Below, in pieces: positions 30,832 to 35,057 of a DNA stretch of 35,057 bases (position 1 is its first letter; each line of letters starts with the position of its first letter). Source of the DNA: a virus. Its lineage: Duplodnaviria > Heunggongvirae > Uroviricota > Caudoviricetes. The stretch is from IMG/VR virus record IMGVR_UViG_2563366917_000007; one strand, 5' to 3'. A program made the translations under genes and the position numbers. The notes beneath the pieces were generated by a model. It searched no databases. It saw nothing but the letters and a program-made list of their open reading frames with translations, and was not told the DNA's origin.

Positions 30832-33395
30832 TGTTTTATATTGATAACGACAGCGGCGTAACCGTCATGCCGCCCGTATCCGCCCAGCGTAGTGCTATCG
30901 TTCGCTGGTTTTCAGAAGGTGACGGGAATAATGTTATCACATGGCCCGGCATGGACTGGTTTAATATTGTGCAGGCGGAGTTATTAAACACGCTGGAAGA
31001 AGCCGGTATTCAACCGGATAAAACAAAATTAAACCAGCTTGCACTGTCCATTAAAGCCATTATGGGCAATAACGCGCTGCTGATAAAAAATAACCTCAGC
31101 GAAATAAAAACGGCCGGGGCATCAGCACAGCGCACAGCACGTGAAAATCTGGGTATTTATGATGCCAGTGTGAGCAAAAAGGGGCTGGTTCAGCTAAGCA
31201 GTGCAACAAACAGCACCAGTGAAAAGCTGGCAGCAACGCCAAAAGCGGTCAAGGCAGCAAATGACAACGCAAATTCACGTCTGGCGAAAAATCAGAACGG
31301 TGCAGATATCCAGGATAAATCAGCTTTTCTGGACAATGTTGGCGTTACCAGCCTGACGTTTATGAAAAACAATGGCGAAATGCCGCTTGATGCTGATCTG
31401 AATACATTTGGTCCCGTTAAGGCTTATCTGGGGATCTGGTCTAAAGCTACCTCAACTAACGCAACACTGGAGAAAAATTTTCCGGAAGATAATGCTGTCG
31501 GTGTGCTTGAGGTTTTTGCTGCCGGCAATTTTGCAGGCACGCAACGCTTTATCACGAGAGACGGCAATGTATACATGCGTAAACTCGCCAATAAGTGGAA
31601 TGGTACTGATGGTCCATGGGGCGTATGGCGTCACACTCAATCAGCTACCCGCCCTTTGAGTACGACTATAGACCTGAATACGCTTGGAGCCGCCGAACAT
31701 CTTGGTTTATGGCGTAACAGTAGCTCGGCTATAGCTTCATATGAACGCAATTATCCAGAGGAAGGCGGCTTTGCTCAGGGGACGCTTGAGATCCTCGAAG
31801 GCGGGAATTATGGAAGAACACAACGTTATACCACTCGCCGTGGAAATATGTATGTCCGCTGCCTTGCGGCAAGCTGGGATGCATCAAATCCGCAGTGGGA
31901 ACCGTGGTTAAGAGTCGGTCATCAGTCAGAGAGTCGTTATTACGACGGGGATTTGAATGATGTGACTTCACCAGGTATTTACAGCGTTACAGGTAAAGCG
32001 ACCAACGGTCCAGTACTGGACGGAAACGGCGTGACTGTACTCGGCATTCTGGAAGTGTTGAGGCGGTTTGATGGTGTTAATGTATGGCAGCGTTATACAA
32101 CTGCCGGAACAGGTACAACCCTTAAAGGCCGCACCTTTGAGCGCGTCTTTACCGGCAGCTCATGGAGCGAATGGCGGGAAGTCTACACCTCGTATTCACT
32201 TCCCCTGAATCTGGGTATCGGCGGTGCTGTGGCAAAGCTCACCAGCCTGGACTGGCAGACCCACGACTTTGTGCCGGGCAGTCTGATAACCGTTCGGCTT
32301 GATAACATGACCAACATTCCCAACGGTATGGACTGGGGCGTCATTGATGGCAACCTGATAAACATCGCAGTTGGTCCGAGTGATGATTCCGGTACGGGGC
32401 GCTCAATGCATGTATGGCGCAGCACTGTAAGTAAAGCGAACTACCGCTTTTTTATGGTGCGTATTTCAGGAAATCCGGGACGCCGCACGATTACAGCAAG
32501 ACGAGTACCAATCATTGACGAAGCCCAGACATGGGGCGCGAAACAGACATTCAGTGCTGGCCTTTCTGGTGAACTGTCCGGCAATGCGGCGACAGCAACA
32601 AAGCTGAAAACAGCCCGTAAAATTAATAACGTTTCGTTTGATGGAACATCAGATATTAACCTGACGCCGAAAAATATTGGTGCATTTGCTTCAGGAAAAA
32701 CAGGAGACACCGTTGCGAATGATAAAGCCGTTGGATGGAACTGGAGTAGCGGAGCCTATAACGCAACTATTGGTGGGGCATCAACGTTAATTCTTCATTT
32801 TAATATCGGGGAAGGAAGTTGTCCCGCCGCCCAGTTTCGCGTTAATTATAAGAACGGTGGTATTTTTTATCGTTCTGCTCGTGACGGTTACGGATTCGAG
32901 GCTGACTGGTCTGAGTTTTATACCACAACGCGAAAACCTACAGCGGGAGATGTCGGTGCACTGCCGTTATCTGGTGGTCAATTGAATGGTGCTCTGGGTA
33001 TAGGAACATCCAGTGCTCTTGGCGGTAATTCGATTGTTTTGGGTGATAATGACACGGGCTTTAAACAAAATGGTGATGGTAATCTGGATGTTTATGCTAA
33101 TAGCGTCCATGTTATGCGCTTTGTCTCCGGAAGCGTTCAAAGTAATAAAACCATAAATATTACGGGGCGTGTTAATCCCTCGGATTACGGTAACTTTGAT
33201 TCCCGCTATGTGAGAGATATCAGACTTGGCACACGTGTTGTCCAGACCATGCAGAAAGGGGTGATGTATGAGAAAGCAGGGCACGTAATTACCGGGCTTG
33301 GTATTGTCGGTGAAGTCGATGGTGATGACCCCGCAGTATTCAGACCAATACAAAAATACATCAATGGCACATGGTATAACGTTGCGCAGGTGTAA
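30831..33395 (+). CDS. S: Tail fiber protein (S-like), unusually long, with three internal domain repeats
   Basis: 854 aa; fiber-like N-terminal attachment region; three ~80-aa repeats (approx. aa 187-268, 279-362, 372-452) sharing D-L-N-T-x-G ... NYPE ... TQR(F/Y)xTR ... W; fiber-like Gly/Ser/Thr-rich C-terminal region. Confidence 0.8.
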   Translation: MFYIDNDSGVTVMPPVSAQRSAIVRWFSEGDGNNVITWPGMDWFNIVQAELLNTLEEAGIQPDKTKLNQLALSIKAIMGNNALLIKNNLSEIKTAGASAQRTARENLGIYDASVSKKGLVQLSSATNSTSEKLAATPKAVKAANDNANSRLAKNQNGADIQDKSAFLDNVGVTSLTFMKNNGEMPLDADLNTFGPVKAYLGIWSKATSTNATLEKNFPEDNAVGVLEVFAAGNFAGTQRFITRDGNVYMRKLANKWNGTDGPWGVWRHTQSATRPLSTTIDLNTLGAAEHLGLWRNSSSAIASYERNYPEEGGFAQGTLEILEGGNYGRTQRYTTRRGNMYVRCLAASWDASNPQWEPWLRVGHQSESRYYDGDLNDVTSPGIYSVTGKATNGPVLDGNGVTVLGILEVLRRFDGVNVWQRYTTAGTGTTLKGRTFERVFTGSSWSEWREVYTSYSLPLNLGIGGAVAKLTSLDWQTHDFVPGSLITVRLDNMTNIPNGMDWGVIDGNLINIAVGPSDDSGTGRSMHVWRSTVSKANYRFFMVRISGNPGRRTITARRVPIIDEAQTWGAKQTFSAGLSGELSGNAATATKLKTARKINNVSFDGTSDINLTPKNIGAFASGKTGDTVANDKAVGWNWSSGAYNATIGGASTLILHFNIGEGSCPAAQFRVNYKNGGIFYRSARDGYGFEADWSEFYTTTRKPTAGDVGALPLSGGQLNGALGIGTSSALGGNSIVLGDNDTGFKQNGDGNLDVYANSVHVMRFVSGSVQSNKTINITGRVNPSDYGNFDSRYVRDIRLGTRVVQTMQKGVMYEKAGHVITGLGIVGEVDGDDPAVFRPIQKYINGTWYNVAQV

Positions 33396-33398
33396 ATT

Positions 33399-33926
33399 AT
33401 GCAGCATTTAAAAAACATTAAGTCAGGTAATCCAAAAACAAAAGAACAATATCAGCTAACAAAGAATTTTGATGTTATCTGGTTATGGTCCGAAGACGGA
33501 AAAAACTGGTATGAGGAAGTAAGTAATTTTCAGCCAGACACAATAAAGATTGTTTACGATGAAAATAATATTATTGTCGCCATCACCAGAGATGCTTCAA
33601 CGCTCAACCCTGAAGGTTTTAGCGTTGTCGAGGTTCCTGATATTACCGCCAACCGACGTGCAGACGACTCAGGTAAATGGATGTTTAAGGATGGTGCCGT
33701 GATTAAGCGGATTTATACGGCGGACGAACAGCAGCAACTGACAGAATTACAGAAGGCAACTTTGCTTTCCGAAGCTGAATCCGTGATTTTGCCGCTGGAA
33801 CGCGCTGTCAGGCTGAATATGGCAACAGATGAGGAGCACAGCCGACTGGAGGCATGGGAACGCTACAGCGCTCTGGTCAGCCGCGTGGATACGGCAAAGC
33901 CAGAATGGCCACAAAAACCAGAGTAA
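33399..33926 (+). CDS. U: Tail fiber assembly protein (U-like)
   Basis: 175 aa; C-terminus [25 protein letters not shown] is the typical Tfa signature; directly after the fiber. Confidence 0.8.
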   Translation: MQHLKNIKSGNPKTKEQYQLTKNFDVIWLWSEDGKNWYEEVSNFQPDTIKIVYDENNIIVAITRDASTLNPEGFSVVEVPDITANRRADDSGKWMFKDGAVIKRIYTADEQQQLTELQKATLLSEAESVILPLERAVRLNMATDEEHSRLEAWERYSALVSRVDTAKPEWPQKPE

Positions 33927-33954
33927 AAATTAAGGCCCGATAGCGGGCCTTCTC

Positions 33955-34060
33955 TTATTCTGGTTGTTCGGAAAACGTTACTGGCAGGCTGGAGGGGTCT
34001 GTATATTCGACCTTCTGCGCATAGAGCATCCACTCGGTTAATTTTTGTTTATTCTCGTCG
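33955..34060 (-). pseudogene. Remnant of a second, inverted tail fiber assembly gene (U'-like C-terminal fragment)
   Basis: Minus-strand ORF ends ...LTEWMLYAQKVEYTDPSSLPVTFSEQPE, matching the Tfa C-terminal signature, tail-to-tail with U as in an invertible G segment; the upstream part lacks Tfa features. Confidence 0.4.
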
Positions 34061-34101
34061 GAAATGATACCCAGCCGTAGCGAACGCATATAGAAAACGA
34101 C

Positions 34102-34210
34102 GATCGAATCAATTGAATCGATCGGTAATACAGATCGATTATGCCCCAATAACCACACTCAACCCATGATGTTTTTTAAGATAGTGGCGAATTGATGCAA
34201 AGGAGGTGAG
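34102..34210 (+). promoter_or_regulatory. mom operon control region: three clustered Dam sites (CGATCG) plus candidate C-dependent Pmom
   Basis: GATC at 34102-34105, 34120-34123 and 34133-34136, all within 35 bp and all in CGATCG context, ~75-110 bp upstream of com; AGGAGG RBS before com. Confidence 0.6.
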
Positions 34211-34399
34211 ATGAAATCAATTCGCTGTAAAAACTGCAACAAACTGTTATTTAAGGCGGATTCCTTTGTTCACATTGAAATCAGGTGTCCGCGTTGCAAA
34301 CGTCACATCATAATGCTGAATGCCTGCGAGCATCCCACGGAGAAACATTGTGGGAAAAGAGAAAAAATCACGCATTCTGACGAAACCGTGCGTTATTGA
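34211..34399 (+). CDS. com: Com zinc-finger translational activator of mom
   Basis: 62 aa; CKNC...CPRC zinc finger; 3' end overlaps mom; matches Mu Com as I recall it. Confidence 0.85.
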   Translation: MKSIRCKNCNKLLFKADSFVHIEIRCPRCKRHIIMLNACEHPTEKHCGKREKITHSDETVRY

Positions 34400-35057
34400 G
34401 TATGAAGGCCAGATTGTTGGCTATGGTTCAAAGGAGCTGCGCGTTGAAACCATATCCTGCTGGCTGGCCCGCACAATTATTCAGACAAAGCACTATTCCC
34501 GCCGTTTTGTGAATAACTCTTACCTTCACCTGGGGGTATTCAGCGGGCGCGATCTGGTTGGCGTTCTCCAGTGGGGATATGCCCTTAACCCCAACTCAGG
34601 TCGTCGTGTCGTGCTTGAAACGGATAACCGGGGCTATATGGAGCTGAATCGCATGTGGCTACACGACGACATGCCCCGCAACTCTGAATCACGGGCCATC
34701 AGCTACGCGCTGAAAGTTATCAGATTACTGTATCCGTCAGTGGAGTGGGTTCAGTCATTTGCTGACGAACGCTGCGGATGCGCAGGCGTTGTGTATCAGG
34801 CGTCGAATTTTGATTTTATTGGCAGCCATGAAAGCACGTTCTACGAGCTGGATGGTGAGTGGTATCACGAGATAACGATGAACGCAATTAAGCGCGGTGG
34901 ACAACGAGGCGTGTATTTACGGGCTAATAAAGAGCGTGCCGTGGTGCACAAATTTAATCAGTATCGCTACATCAGGTTCCTGAACAAGCGAGCAAGGAAG
35001 CGGCTAAATACTAAGCTATTCAGGGTTCAGCCATACCCTAAAAGCACTCCCGATTAG
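34320..35057 (+). CDS. mom: Mom DNA-modification enzyme (adenine carbamoylmethylation, anti-restriction); initiation codon uncertain
   Basis: ORF overlapping com 3' end and ending at the last base of the window; position at the right end as in Mu. True start may be downstream of 34320 (e.g. GTG at 34350). Confidence 0.8.
   Translation: MPASIPRRNIVGKEKKSRILTKPCVIEYEGQIVGYGSKELRVETISCWLARTIIQTKHYSRRFVNNSYLHLGVFSGRDLVGVLQWGYALNPNSGRRVVLETDNRGYMELNRMWLHDDMPRNSESRAISYALKVIRLLYPSVEWVQSFADERCGCAGVVYQASNFDFIGSHESTFYELDGEWYHEITMNAIKRGGQRGVYLRANKERAVVHKFNQYRYIRFLNKRARKRLNTKLFRVQPYPKSTPD

Noticed and set aside
33955-34158. Minus-strand 67-aa ORF as an intact gene
   Set aside because: Only its C-terminal ~35 aa resemble a Tfa domain; the N-terminal part overlaps the GATC-rich mom control region and lacks a convincing start context, so it is more likely a gene fragment.
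33927-34210. DNA invertase (gin/hin-like) gene expected next to the fiber region
   Set aside because: No ORF of suitable size or recombinase character exists between U and com; only the short Tfa-like remnant and the mom control region.
1-35057. Inserted defence or cargo island (restriction-modification, toxin-antitoxin, retron, etc.), tRNA or integrase
   Set aside because: No opposite-strand gene blocks, no tRNA-like sequences, no recombinase other than the DDE transposase; gene order is contiguous Mu-like throughout. The only modification system is the phage's own com-mom.

Overview
This window reads as an almost complete Mu-like transposable phage (Muvirus-type) genome, with every credible gene on the + strand in the canonical Mu order. 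From left to right: Ner-like regulator, DDE transposase A, target-DNA ATPase B, a block of small early accessory genes including Gam, GemA and Mor, the late activator C, a lysis cassette (SAR endolysin plus overlapping spanins), terminase, portal, head genes (F, G, I, T), contractile tail and baseplate genes (L, M, tape measure, N, P, spike, baseplate wedge), tail fiber S with its assembly protein U, and the com-mom DNA-modification operon. The left end (repressor c, attL) and the extreme right end lie outside the window. I did not find a self-contained new system such as an inserted defence island. The parts that look non-canonical or uncharacterised are: (1) the fiber region, which appears to be a collapsed G segment with no invertase, only a minus-strand remnant of a second fiber-assembly gene, and a long S protein carrying three internal domain repeats; (2) a 186-bp near-perfect tandem repeat inside the tape measure gene; (3) the cluster of small early proteins between B and GemA, including a Cys-rich zinc-ribbon protein and an ASCH-like protein, which are the best candidates for unknown host-takeover or anti-defence functions; (4) a 196-bp central gap between G and I. 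All functional calls rest on reading the translated ORFs and on recalled knowledge of Mu; no database search was run.
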